DNA of 41,126 bases from Bacteroidales bacterium (GCA_018056215.1 JAGPGB010000001.1:1-41126); one strand, 5' to 3'; shown: positions 1-9,570, counted from the stretch's first letter. Notes: a model not told the origin generated them from the letters alone. Numbers and translations are program-made.

Positions 1-734
1 GCCATATTACCAAAGAAGGATTCATTGCAGGTCCTAAAGTATTAGAACACGTAGTAGATACTGTCATGCATTTCGAGGGCGACAAAAATTACGGTTACCG
101 TATTTTAAGAGTTTTAAAAAATCGCTTTGGTCCAGCTCCAGAATTAGCAATCTTCGAAATGGTACAGGATGGGTTAAAAGAAATAAGTAATATTAGTGAA
201 TATTTACTAGAAACATATAAACCAGATACTCCAGGTAGTAGCATAGCTGTTGTCATGGAAGGCAATAAACCTATTTTAATTGAAGTGCAAGCTTTAGTTA
301 GTTTTTCACCTTATGGTACTCCACAGCGTTCATCTATTGGTTATGATCCTCATCGATTGGGAATGCTACTTGCAGTTTTAGAAAAAAGATTAGAGTTAAG
401 GTTAAATAATAGAGATATTTTCGTAAACGTTACTGGTGGCATTCGTATTTATGATCCAGCTATAGACAGTGCCGTTGTTGCCGCAATACTTTCTTCTTAT
501 AATGATAAAACATTACCTCATCTAATGGCTTTCTCTGCTGAGATAGGCCTCAATGGCGAGTTGAGATCTGTCTCACAACTACAAAAAAGAATACAAGAAA
601 CTTCTAAATTAGGTTTTAAACATCTTATTACTGCTCCTATTAAAGAAAATTCCATTAAAGAAGATGATAACTACCATATTAAATTAAATTTCATAGCCAA
701 TGTAGCAGAGCTGGCTAATATTTTGTTCGTTTGA
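1..734 (+). CDS. radA: DNA repair protein RadA/Sms, C-terminal part (5' end lies outside the window)
   Basis: The reading frame is open from nt 3 (HITKEGFIAGPKVLEHVVDTVMHFEGD...), so the ATG at 66 is internal. It has the RadA KNRFG motif (YRILRVLKNRFGP) and a Lon-protease-like C-terminal domain. Confidence 0.9.
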   Translation, partial: HITKEGFIAGPKVLEHVVDTVMHFEGDKNYGYRILRVLKNRFGPAPELAIFEMVQDGLKEISNISEYLLETYKPDTPGSSIAVVMEGNKPILIEVQALVSFSPYGTPQRSSIGYDPHRLGMLLAVLEKRLELRLNNRDIFVNVTGGIRIYDPAIDSAVVAAILSSYNDKTLPHLMAFSAEIGLNGELRSVSQLQKRIQETSKLGFKHLITAPIKENSIKEDDNYHIKLNFIANVAELANILFV

Positions 735-737
735 TAA

Positions 738-1424
738 TTATTTTAGACTGATTAGTTTATATCCTTGTCGTGGTAAACTTATTAATTCTAAATGTGAATC
801 TTGTTTTATCCATTTTCTCACTTTAGCTATGTAAACGTCCAGAGTACGAGATTTGAAATAATCTACATCTCCATATAGGTGCATTAATAATTCATTTTTA
901 GTAGTTATATTATTTATATTTTGGAATAATATTTTCAATATTTCTAATTCTATAGGAGATAGTTTTATTTCTTCTTTATTATTTAAAATTAAAACATTCC
1001 TATTAACATCTAATATAGAATTACCTGCTTCTAATTTTGTAATGTTTGATTGAGGATAAACCCTATTGAGTAAAACTTGTATACGAGCTAATAAAATATC
1101 TACAGAGAATGGTTTAATGACATAATCATCTGCTCCTACCTCATAACCAGTTAATATATCTTCGTTTTGACTTTTTGCTGTAATAAAAATTATCGGTATT
1201 GATGGATTGATAGTTCTTATCTCTTTCACGAGAGTAATACCATCTTTTTTAGGCATCATTATATCTACGAGCATTAGGTGATAAAAAGGATTATTTTTAT
1301 ATTTTTCTAATGCAATTTCTCCATTTTCGTACCAGTCAACATCATAGCCTTTAGTTGTTAAAAAGCTTTTTAGCACATAAGCGAAATGTTTATCATCTTC
1401 TACTAATAAAATTTTATACTTCAT
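738..1424 (-). CDS. OmpR/PhoB-type two-component response regulator (CheY receiver + winged-helix DNA-binding domain)
   Basis: Receiver motifs are KILLVEDD and LMLVDIMMPKKDG (phospho-Asp), plus a conserved ITAKS segment. The C-terminal part looks like trans_reg_C (LSPIELEILKIL...RTLDVYIAKVRKW). It overlaps the upstream kinase gene by 4 nt (ATGA). Confidence 0.9.
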   Translation of the reverse strand: MKYKILLVEDDKHFAYVLKSFLTTKGYDVDWYENGEIALEKYKNNPFYHLMLVDIMMPKKDGITLVKEIRTINPSIPIIFITAKSQNEDILTGYEVGADDYVIKPFSVDILLARIQVLLNRVYPQSNITKLEAGNSILDVNRNVLILNNKEEIKLSPIELEILKILFQNINNITTKNELLMHLYGDVDYFKSRTLDVYIAKVRKWIKQDSHLELISLPRQGYKLISLK

Positions 1425-3136
1425 AAATCATCATTTTTAATAGACGGAAAGTATAAATCAAAAATTGTGCCTTTATCTATTTCGCTTATCACCTCTATTT
1501 TGCCTTTATGAGCTTCTACTATTGCTTGTACATAGCTGAGCCCTAATCCATATCCTTTAGTATTATATATATTACCCGTAGATACTCTATAAAATCTATC
1601 AAAAATATGTTTTATATCTTTCTTTTTTATTCCTATACCATTATCTGCTATTTCTACAATTAAATATTTAGTATTTTGTTGTTTTATTTTTATAGTAATT
1701 TCTGGATGATCTTTGGCATATTTGCACGCATTATCTATTAAATTATAAATTACTTGTCTCAAATGTACTTCATCACCCATGATAATTGGATTTTCTATAT
1801 CAAATTCTGTATGTACAGTAGCATTATAATCTTTTAAAAAAAGTTCTAAGTCTTTTAACAGATTTGTTAAAAAGCTATTTAAATTAATTTTAGTTAAATT
1901 TAATTGAATAGAGGTTTTATCTAATAGTGAGGTTTGGAGTATCTTCTCTATCAGAGTTTGCATCCTAGTATTTTCATCTTTAATAATTTTTATCATTCTG
2001 CTAGCCTCGTCTGGAGGTAAATTATTAATAGTTTCGCAAGCTATGTCTATAGTCGCTATTGGCGTTTTCAGCTCATGCGTTACATTATTTATGAAATCTG
2101 TTTTCATTTCAGATAAACGCTTTTGCCTAATTAAATTATATATTATGAAAGTAAATGAACCTAATACACCTAATATTAGTAATAACGATAAAAATAGAAA
2201 ATTACTCAATGTAGATAAAATATAGCTTGTTTTATTAGGGAAATATATAATCAAATATTCGGGAGGGGCAAATAAATCACTTGGATACAATCTAAACATC
2301 ATACCTTTTTGAAGCATTTCTTCAGCTGATATAGAGTCATTTTCTAGAAACATTGTTTGTCTATGAGGACTATAAATACCAAAATAGTATTTTATATTAA
2401 TATTATTTTCTGCTAAAGAGCTAGCAATTAACGAATCTAATGCTTTAGCATTTATCCTTTGTTCTACAGGAATGAAATGTTTGATATTGAAAAAATCTTC
2501 CATCACATCACCTATGATGAAGCTACGTCTGAGAAACCTATCTACTGCTTGATAGACAGAATCTACTTTGAATGGTAAAGTAATATTTGGTACTCTCACC
2601 CACCCTACTAAACTATCTAATTGGTCTTTTGCCATCTCATCTTTGCTAACTGGCAAATTAGATTTATTAGATATATCTAATAATGTCGCACTATCTGCAT
2701 GTTGCTTTTCAATGTTTATGATGTGTGTATCTACTTTTTGAACAAGTTCTCCATATTTATTTGTGTATATCTGCACTCTAATCCTTTCTCTACTTATATT
2801 AATCACACTGTCTGAGAGAGTAGTATCTAGACCAACATCTTTTAAAGATTTAAATAATTCTTTGTTCAGCGAATCTATGGTTTGCATTACCCTTGCACCT
2901 TTATATTTGCTCAATTTAGTTTCTAATAAATCTGCTATTTCTTGCTTTTCATATTGGTAAATGACTTTAGACATGCTCTCTTGTATGGTTTTGTCGAAAT
3001 TTGCTAATGCTGCATTTATTGTTGATGTTATAAAATAATACTGTATCAATAATATACCAATGAATGATATACCTGATACTATAAAAATAGTTATTGTCCA
3101 ACGTTTTTCTTTATTTTTAATTTTTTGTTTTAACAT
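1421..3136 (-). CDS. Sensor histidine kinase (two TM segments flanking a ~270-aa extracytoplasmic domain, HisKA + HATPase_c)
   Basis: H-box FINNVTHELKTPIATI, N-box NLIDNACKYA, G-boxes IADNGIGI and GYGLGLSYV. Hydrophobic segments lie near aa 13-35 and 305-335. Confidence 0.9.
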   Translation of the reverse strand: MLKQKIKNKEKRWTITIFIVSGISFIGILLIQYYFITSTINAALANFDKTIQESMSKVIYQYEKQEIADLLETKLSKYKGARVMQTIDSLNKELFKSLKDVGLDTTLSDSVINISRERIRVQIYTNKYGELVQKVDTHIINIEKQHADSATLLDISNKSNLPVSKDEMAKDQLDSLVGWVRVPNITLPFKVDSVYQAVDRFLRRSFIIGDVMEDFFNIKHFIPVEQRINAKALDSLIASSLAENNINIKYYFGIYSPHRQTMFLENDSISAEEMLQKGMMFRLYPSDLFAPPEYLIIYFPNKTSYILSTLSNFLFLSLLLILGVLGSFTFIIYNLIRQKRLSEMKTDFINNVTHELKTPIATIDIACETINNLPPDEASRMIKIIKDENTRMQTLIEKILQTSLLDKTSIQLNLTKINLNSFLTNLLKDLELFLKDYNATVHTEFDIENPIIMGDEVHLRQVIYNLIDNACKYAKDHPEITIKIKQQNTKYLIVEIADNGIGIKKKDIKHIFDRFYRVSTGNIYNTKGYGLGLSYVQAIVEAHKGKIEVISEIDKGTIFDLYFPSIKNDDL

Positions 3137-3257
3137 TTTTTAACATTATTTAACTTTTATTAACTTAATATAATAAATTTTTTGTATTATTTTGTAATAT
3201 AAATTTTTTATATCCATTTATAAAGACATAAATCAAATGTTTTTTAGGGTTTGACAT

Positions 3258-3290
3258 AGCGACTCTCATGAGAGTCGCTTTTTATTTTTG
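3258..3290 (+). terminator. Orphan intrinsic-terminator-like element: perfect 22-nt palindrome followed by a T tract
   Basis: AGCGACTCT-CATG-AGAGTCGCT (3258-3279) is followed by TTTTTATTTTTG. It lies in a divergent intergenic region with no annotated plus-strand gene upstream. Confidence 0.4.
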
Positions 3291-3327
3291 TAAAATTAAT
3301 GATTTTTAACGGATTTGCAAAATAATT

Positions 3328-3358
3328 CTTGTTATCTTAATAAACTTTTATAATTTTG
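3328..3358 (+). promoter_or_regulatory. Putative Bacteroidota sigma-A promoter for the first cassette
   Basis: The -7 box TAATTTTG (3351-3358) matches the TAnnTTTG consensus. A -33-like cTTG sits at 3328-3331 with a 19-nt spacer, and the ATG is 30 nt downstream at 3388. Confidence 0.35.
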
Positions 3359-3387
3359 TAATGTCTAATTAAAAGAAAATTAACAAA

Positions 3388-3798
3388 ATGAAAAAAATAA
3401 CATTAAGTTTATTAATTGTAATTTGTCAGTTATTTTTATTTGCTCAAGAATTTGACCCTAGGTTAGAGGATCATTTTGGCAAAGATAAATTGATTTATTG
3501 GCAAAAAAATTATCCAGATAGCCTAGGATATTATGAATTTATAATAGATAATGCTTTTCTAATAATGGATGAAAATGTAGCTATTACTAATCTCGGACAA
3601 AAAGAAGTCAATGAAATAGAAATACCGAATTTCGATGAAGCCATTAAAAATCATAAGCTAATAAATATTTTTTCTCTAGGTATAGAAATATTACCAGACA
3701 TGAACCAATATTTTAAAATCAAAAATGAACCATATTATTTGTATGTAAAATCAAGCAATTATTTATGGGAAAAATATTTAGCAGGTAAAAAAAATTAA
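3388..3798 (+). CDS. Secreted hypothetical protein (136 aa), cassette copy 1
   Basis: N-terminal signal peptide (MKKITLSLLIVICQLFLFAQ). It is a paralog of 6519..6929, with 84 of 116 mature residues identical by hand count. Only 4 nt separate it from the downstream large gene. Confidence 0.8.
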   Translation: MKKITLSLLIVICQLFLFAQEFDPRLEDHFGKDKLIYWQKNYPDSLGYYEFIIDNAFLIMDENVAITNLGQKEVNEIEIPNFDEAIKNHKLINIFSLGIEILPDMNQYFKIKNEPYYLYVKSSNYLWEKYLAGKKN

Positions 3799-3802
3799 TT
3801 CT

Positions 3803-6430
3803 ATGAAACAATTTATTTTTATAATATTTGCAATAATTATAAATATATCATTAATAGGACAAAATCAAACTATTAACCTAAATGCTAGCACACATAATAC
3901 TAATGTATCTGTTTGTGGATATTGGTTTTATGATGATGGCGGGGAAAGTGGCAATTACTCTAATAATCAAGATAGATGGATAACTTTTTATTCTTCTAAT
4001 CCTACATATTCTCACATAAAAATAGAATTCGCATCTATGAGTTTAGCTGCTGGTGATACATTGATTATTTATGATGGACCTAATACAAGCTCACCAGTAT
4101 TAATAAAGTATTCGCAAGCTAATCCATTAACACCGGCTAATTCTGCTGTACAAGCAACTGTAAATAATGCAAGCGGCAGATTAACAGTTAGATTCAAAAC
4201 TGATGCCACAGGGAATGCCGCTGGATGGAACTCTGCAATCGGATGTATCAAAATGTGTCAAAGAATTACACCAGTTCTCGATAGCATATTAACTGATCCC
4301 CTACCCACGACTGATTACTATATTAATTTATGTTCATATGATACTCTCACTTTAGCTGTTAAAACAGACAATTCTACCTTCCCAGATAATCATATCATTT
4401 ATAATCAAACACCTGCAAATACTACTTTTGCATGGAGTATGGGTGATGGCAATACATTATATGGACCAGTTGTCAGCCATCATTATAATATACCATCAGG
4501 ATATAACTTATCTCTTACTATTACAGACACTATGGGCTGCACAAATACTTTATCTTTTAGTTTTAGAGTGAGAATAAGTGATAATCCTATCACAGGTATT
4601 AATCCAGTGCCAGACATATGTGAAGGTGATTCAATAATATTAACTAGTGGAATTAATTCGGGGAATATCATTGTAGTAAATCCATTCAGTAATGTAATAA
4701 CAGCTCAAGGTATTTATGATTCTGTTACTTTTATACCAGACGGTCCTAATTGTCCTGTTCAGTGTTATGGTACACCAGTTACTTTTAATCAATTCCCTAA
4801 TGGAGCTACTGTACAACAAGCTAGTGACATAGAGTCTATATGTATTTCTATGGAGCATTCATTTGCTGGTGATTTATCTTTTAAAATTATCTGTCCTAAT
4901 GGGCAAAGTGCCATTTTAGATTCCTATGACAATAGTGGTGGTAATTTTTTAGGACAAGCTTACGATTATTCATCAGGATGTGAATCTAATAATCCTCAGA
5001 ATGCACCAGGTACACCATGGCTATATTGTTGGTCTGAGGTTTCTTCATATAGTTATCAGGGTACCTTAAATGTTGTTGATGGCTCAGGACCCTCACCTAT
5101 ACCAGCTACAGATACTATAACTCATGCAAATTATTTAACACCAGAAAATCCTCTCAGTGGATTAATAGGTTGTCCTCTAAATGGCACATGGAACATAGAG
5201 ATTTGTGATCTATGGGGTATCGATAATGGTTGGGTATTTGAGTGGATGCTCAGATTATCTAGTAATTCTGGAGTAGCTGGCTGGCAATATACAGTTAATG
5301 TCGATTCTTTAAATTGGGGAGGACCTTATTTTTATCCTATTAATGATACTACTGTTCTTTTCAAACCAGATAGTAGTGGCACATACAGTTTCTTAGTAAC
5401 AGCTTATGACGAATATGGTTGTATATATAATTCTAATATGCCTATAAATTTAAATGTAATACCAAATCCTGTTGTTGATTTAGGTGATGATACAATATTA
5501 TGTAACGGCACTATATTTACACTAACTCCAGGACCCGATTTTGATGAATATTATTGGAGCAATTATTCTACGACTCCTAGCATCACAATAGATAGTGCAG
5601 GCGTTTATTCTGTGACAGCTGTAAATTACAATAGTAGTGGGTCAGTATCTTGCTCTGGTAGTGATACTATTGAGGTAAAGTATGTACCTATTGCTTATGT
5701 AGATTTAGGACCAGATTTATGTGTTACTGAAGGGCCAGTAACATTAGATGCTTCTCAATCAGGACCTGGTTTTACCTATGCCTGGTCTACAGGAGCTAAT
5801 ACTCCTTCTATACAGGTAAATAATTTAGGACGTTATTGGGTTAAAGTATATTATGGTGATTCAAATGCCTGTGGCGATGCAGATACAATATATGTAAAAT
5901 TGCTACCTACTCCTATAATAAATCTCCCAGAAGAGATTACCGCATGTCATAATGATATTTTCGAATTATCAGCTCTACAACCTCACAATCCTAATTTATA
6001 TACCTACAAATGGTCTATAGGGTTAAAAGAACCAGTATATTATGTTTATCGTCCACCTGTAGGAATTTATCCTATAGAAGTAATGGTAATAGGTTGCGAT
6101 ACTGCTACTGCTACTGTAAATATGACAATCGAAGATTGCACTATTTATCCACTTGTTATTGTACCTACTGCCTTCACTCCATATAATTCTGATGGTGTAA
6201 ATGATTATTTCCATATTGCAGCTGATGGCATAAAAAAAGAAAACTTCTCATTTAGAATTCTTAATAAATGGGGAGAAACAATTTTCTATACAGATGATCC
6301 TGCCTTTATGTGGGATGGTAGATTTAAAGGAGAAATCTGCCCTCAAGATGTTTATACTTACAAAATTAGCTACACTACCGAAAATAATATTACAAAAGAT
6401 GAATATGGATATTTTATTTTACTACATTAA
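3803..6430 (+). CDS. Large T9SS-sorted surface protein: CUB-like + PKD + proprotein-convertase P-domain + Ig-like repeats + type-B (gliding-motility CHU_C) C-terminal sorting domain, copy 1
   Basis: It has a signal peptide and a CUB-like segment (CGYWFYDDGG...IKIEFASMSLAAGDTLIIYDGP). A PKD-like segment (FAWSMGDGNTLYGP...YNLSLTITD) and a P-domain-like segment (CISMEHSFAGDLSFKIICPNGQ) follow. The C-terminus reads FTPYNSDGVNDYFHI...NKWGETIFY...WDGRFKGE...DVYTYKI. Confidence 0.8.
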   Translation: MKQFIFIIFAIIINISLIGQNQTINLNASTHNTNVSVCGYWFYDDGGESGNYSNNQDRWITFYSSNPTYSHIKIEFASMSLAAGDTLIIYDGPNTSSPVLIKYSQANPLTPANSAVQATVNNASGRLTVRFKTDATGNAAGWNSAIGCIKMCQRITPVLDSILTDPLPTTDYYINLCSYDTLTLAVKTDNSTFPDNHIIYNQTPANTTFAWSMGDGNTLYGPVVSHHYNIPSGYNLSLTITDTMGCTNTLSFSFRVRISDNPITGINPVPDICEGDSIILTSGINSGNIIVVNPFSNVITAQGIYDSVTFIPDGPNCPVQCYGTPVTFNQFPNGATVQQASDIESICISMEHSFAGDLSFKIICPNGQSAILDSYDNSGGNFLGQAYDYSSGCESNNPQNAPGTPWLYCWSEVSSYSYQGTLNVVDGSGPSPIPATDTITHANYLTPENPLSGLIGCPLNGTWNIEICDLWGIDNGWVFEWMLRLSSNSGVAGWQYTVNVDSLNWGGPYFYPINDTTVLFKPDSSGTYSFLVTAYDEYGCIYNSNMPINLNVIPNPVVDLGDDTILCNGTIFTLTPGPDFDEYYWSNYSTTPSITIDSAGVYSVTAVNYNSSGSVSCSGSDTIEVKYVPIAYVDLGPDLCVTEGPVTLDASQSGPGFTYAWSTGANTPSIQVNNLGRYWVKVYYGDSNACGDADTIYVKLLPTPIINLPEEITACHNDIFELSALQPHNPNLYTYKWSIGLKEPVYYVYRPPVGIYPIEVMVIGCDTATATVNMTIEDCTIYPLVIVPTAFTPYNSDGVNDYFHIAADGIKKENFSFRILNKWGETIFYTDDPAFMWDGRFKGEICPQDVYTYKISYTTENNITKDEYGYFILLH

Positions 6431-6518
6431 ACTTCCATTTTATGATAATTTTTTTTAAATTTATTACATTATTTAAAAAATTATATTTAAATTTGCATTA
6501 AATATTAAATTATTAAAT

Positions 6519-6929
6519 ATGAAAAAATTATTATTATTTTTACTTATAAATATGATTACTCTTTTATCATATTCTCAACAATTTGATTCTAGATTAGAGA
6601 AACATTTTGGTAAAGATAAATTGATATTTTGGCAAAAAAATTATCCAGATAGTTTAGGATATTACCAATTTGTCCTAGATAATGCTGTATTGATAATGGA
6701 TGAGTCTGTTGTGAAACAAAGATTAGGTGGAGAGCAAGTAAGCGAGATAGAAATCACTAATTTCGATGAAGTTATTAAAAATCATAAACTTTTAGATATT
6801 TTTTCACTAGGCATAGAGATAAAACCCGATACTTATCAATATATTAAAGTAAAAAATGAACCATATTATTTATATGTAAAACCTGGCAGATATTTATGGA
6901 ATAAATATCAAGCTGGTAAACAAAATTAA
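6519..6929 (+). CDS. Secreted hypothetical protein (136 aa), cassette copy 2
   Basis: It has a signal peptide and is a paralog of 3388..3798. A TAAATTTG -7-like box lies at 6488-6495. Confidence 0.8.
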   Translation: MKKLLLFLLINMITLLSYSQQFDSRLEKHFGKDKLIFWQKNYPDSLGYYQFVLDNAVLIMDESVVKQRLGGEQVSEIEITNFDEVIKNHKLLDIFSLGIEIKPDTYQYIKVKNEPYYLYVKPGRYLWNKYQAGKQN

Positions 6930-6935
6930 TACATT

Positions 6936-9542
6936 ATGAAAAGATTAAAATTATTTATATTATTTTCATTAATAATATCAAATACAATAGTTTTTGGACA
7001 AAACCAAACTATTAATTTAGATGCTAGTACACATAATACACAAAAAGCAGCTTGTGGATTTTGGTTTTATGACGATGGAGGTTCTGGTGGCAATTATTCT
7101 AATAATCAGGATAGATGGATAACTTTTTATTCTACTGATCCCACATATACTCACATAAAAATAGAATTCGCATCTATGAGTTTAGCTGCTGGTGATACAT
7201 TGATTATTTATGATGGACCTAATACTAGCTCACCAGTGTTAATTAAATATTCACAAGCTAATCCATTAACACCTGCAAATTCTGCTGTTCAAGCTACTAT
7301 AAATAATCCTGGTGGCAGGCTAACAGTTAGATTCAAAACTGATGGAGCTGGTAATGCTGCTGGATGGAATTCTGCTATTGGTTGTATTAAAATGTGCCAA
7401 AGGATTACACCAGTTTTAGATAGTATATTAACTAATCCACTACCCACACCTGATTATTATATTAATTTATGTGCATATGATACCCTTACATTAGCTGTTA
7501 AAACAGATAATTCTACTTTCCCAGATAACCACATCATTTATAATCAAACACCAGCAAATACTACATTTGCATGGAGTATGGGTGATGGTACTACTTTATA
7601 CGGTCCTGCTGTTAGCTATCACTATAATATTCCCTCTGGATATAACTTATCTCTTACTATTACAGATTCTCTTGGGTGCTCAAATACAATAGCCTTTGGA
7701 TATAAAGTACGCATAAGTAATAATCCTATAACTGGTATAAATCCAGTACCTGATTTATGTGAAGGTGATTCAGTAATAGTAACAGGTGGTATAGGAAGTG
7801 GTAATGTGGTCGAGGTCACCCCATTTAGTAATGTCATAACAGCACAAGGAGTATATGATGTATTAACTTTTATCCCTGATGGACCTAGTTGTGCTACTCA
7901 GTGCTATGGTACACCAGTTACTTTTGATCAATTTCCTCCCGGCTCTACAGTACAGCAGACTAGTGATATTGAATCTATCTGTATATCTATAGAACATTCA
8001 TTCGCAGGGGATTTATCTTTTAAAATTATCTGTCCAAACAATCAAAGTGTTGTCTTAGATTCATACGATAATAGTGGTGGTAATTATTTAGGAGAGGCTT
8101 ATGATTATTCATCAGGATGTGATGCTAATAATCCATCAAATATTCCAGGTACACCATGGCTTTACTGTTGGTCAGAAGTTTCTAATTATACTTATCAAGG
8201 TACATTAAATTATGTCGATGGCGCAGGACCATCACCTATTCCAGCTACTGACACAATAAATCACACTAATTATTTAGATCCTGAAAATCCTTTTACTGGT
8301 CTCATAGGATGTCCTCTAAATGGTACTTGGAATATAGAAATTTGTGATTTATGGGGTGCTGATAATGGTTGGGTCTTTGAGTGGATGCTCACTTTGTCAA
8401 GTAATTCGGGGGTAGCTGGCTGGCAATATTCTGTTGCTATTGATTCTATTGATTGGGATGGACAAAGTTTCTACCCAATTAATGATAGCACTGCTTTTTT
8501 TAACCCTGACAGTAGTGGCGTTTATAATACATATATAACAGTATATGATGAATATGGGTGTACTTATACTTCTACAGATCCACTTACTATTGAAGTTATT
8601 GCTAATCCAGAAATAGATTTAGGAGAAGATACTACCCTTTGCGAAGGTATGCCTTTAATTTTAAATGCTGGTGGTGGCTATGATGAATATTTATGGAATA
8701 ATAATATGACTGATTCTTTATTATTTGTAGAAATGGATGGTATGTATTCAGTTACAGCAACAAATTATAATAGCACCCATACATTAGGATGCTCTGATAG
8801 TGATACTATGATAGTAACATTTATTCCTAATGCAATGGTAGATTTAGGACCAGATCAATGCGTAACTGAAGGTCCAGTAAATTTAGATGCTACATATTTG
8901 CCAGGATTTTCCTATCAATGGTCTACAGGTGAAAACTCACCAGTAATAGATCTGACTCAACCTGGTGTTTATGATATTAGCGTAAATGTTTTTTATGCTA
9001 CTCCAGACATGTGTTCAGCAAAAGATACAGTACATATAAAAATCATACCAGAACCAATACCACCATTACCTGATACATTATTTATGTGTGCTCACCAAGC
9101 TAGAATTTTAAATGCCGAACAACCAAATTACAATAATTTATATAATTTCATTTGGTCAACAGGTAACTCATCTACTATGCAAACACTATCTGGTATGTCT
9201 CCTGGTATATATGTTATTCAAGTAAAAATTATTGGTTGCGACACACTAACTGATAGTACAAAAGTAACTGTAGAATCTTGCGATATAACTATTCCAAATG
9301 TATTCACACCAAATGGAGATGGCATTAATGATCAATTTCAAATTACTAATTTAGAATATTACCCTAATAGTGAAATTAAGATTTATAATCGTTGGGGAAA
9401 GAAAATCTATGAAAGTGAAAACTACCAAGGAAACTGGAATGGAGATGTTACTGAAGGAACATATTTCTATATTCTAAGGCTAAATTATGGTAATGGTACC
9501 CTTAAGGAATTTCACGGAACAATTACTGTGTTGAAAAATTGA
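6936..9542 (+). CDS. Large T9SS-sorted surface protein (CUB-like + PKD + P-domain + type-B sorting domain), copy 2
   Basis: It is colinear with 3803..6430. The C-terminus FTPNGDGINDQFQI...YNRWGKKIYE...WNG...GTYFYIL is a canonical gliding-motility-associated C-terminal domain. Confidence 0.85.
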   Translation: MKRLKLFILFSLIISNTIVFGQNQTINLDASTHNTQKAACGFWFYDDGGSGGNYSNNQDRWITFYSTDPTYTHIKIEFASMSLAAGDTLIIYDGPNTSSPVLIKYSQANPLTPANSAVQATINNPGGRLTVRFKTDGAGNAAGWNSAIGCIKMCQRITPVLDSILTNPLPTPDYYINLCAYDTLTLAVKTDNSTFPDNHIIYNQTPANTTFAWSMGDGTTLYGPAVSYHYNIPSGYNLSLTITDSLGCSNTIAFGYKVRISNNPITGINPVPDLCEGDSVIVTGGIGSGNVVEVTPFSNVITAQGVYDVLTFIPDGPSCATQCYGTPVTFDQFPPGSTVQQTSDIESICISIEHSFAGDLSFKIICPNNQSVVLDSYDNSGGNYLGEAYDYSSGCDANNPSNIPGTPWLYCWSEVSNYTYQGTLNYVDGAGPSPIPATDTINHTNYLDPENPFTGLIGCPLNGTWNIEICDLWGADNGWVFEWMLTLSSNSGVAGWQYSVAIDSIDWDGQSFYPINDSTAFFNPDSSGVYNTYITVYDEYGCTYTSTDPLTIEVIANPEIDLGEDTTLCEGMPLILNAGGGYDEYLWNNNMTDSLLFVEMDGMYSVTATNYNSTHTLGCSDSDTMIVTFIPNAMVDLGPDQCVTEGPVNLDATYLPGFSYQWSTGENSPVIDLTQPGVYDISVNVFYATPDMCSAKDTVHIKIIPEPIPPLPDTLFMCAHQARILNAEQPNYNNLYNFIWSTGNSSTMQTLSGMSPGIYVIQVKIIGCDTLTDSTKVTVESCDITIPNVFTPNGDGINDQFQITNLEYYPNSEIKIYNRWGKKIYESENYQGNWNGDVTEGTYFYILRLNYGNGTLKEFHGTITVLKN

Positions 9543-9570
9543 TTTACTTTTAAAAAATAAAAATATTAAC

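Larger units (their letters stand above)
3388..9542 (+). repeat. Tandem segmental duplication of a two-gene cassette (unit ~3.13 kb)
   Basis: 3388..6430 and 6519..9542 are colinear. The offset is 3131-3139 nt, and one tract of 76 nt is identical (4011-4086 = 7150-7225). Confidence 0.9.

Noticed and set aside
2043-2960. Plus-strand ORFs 2043..2225 and 2763..2960.
   Set aside because: They lie entirely antisense within the well-supported histidine kinase gene. Their peptides are low-complexity and there are no start-context or homology cues.
4069-7837. Minus-strand ORFs 4069..4251, 4483..4671, 4640..4858, 6023..6214 and 7622..7837.
   Set aside because: They are antisense inside the large T9SS cargo genes. 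4483..4671 and 7622..7837 resemble each other only because they shadow the duplicated sense genes.
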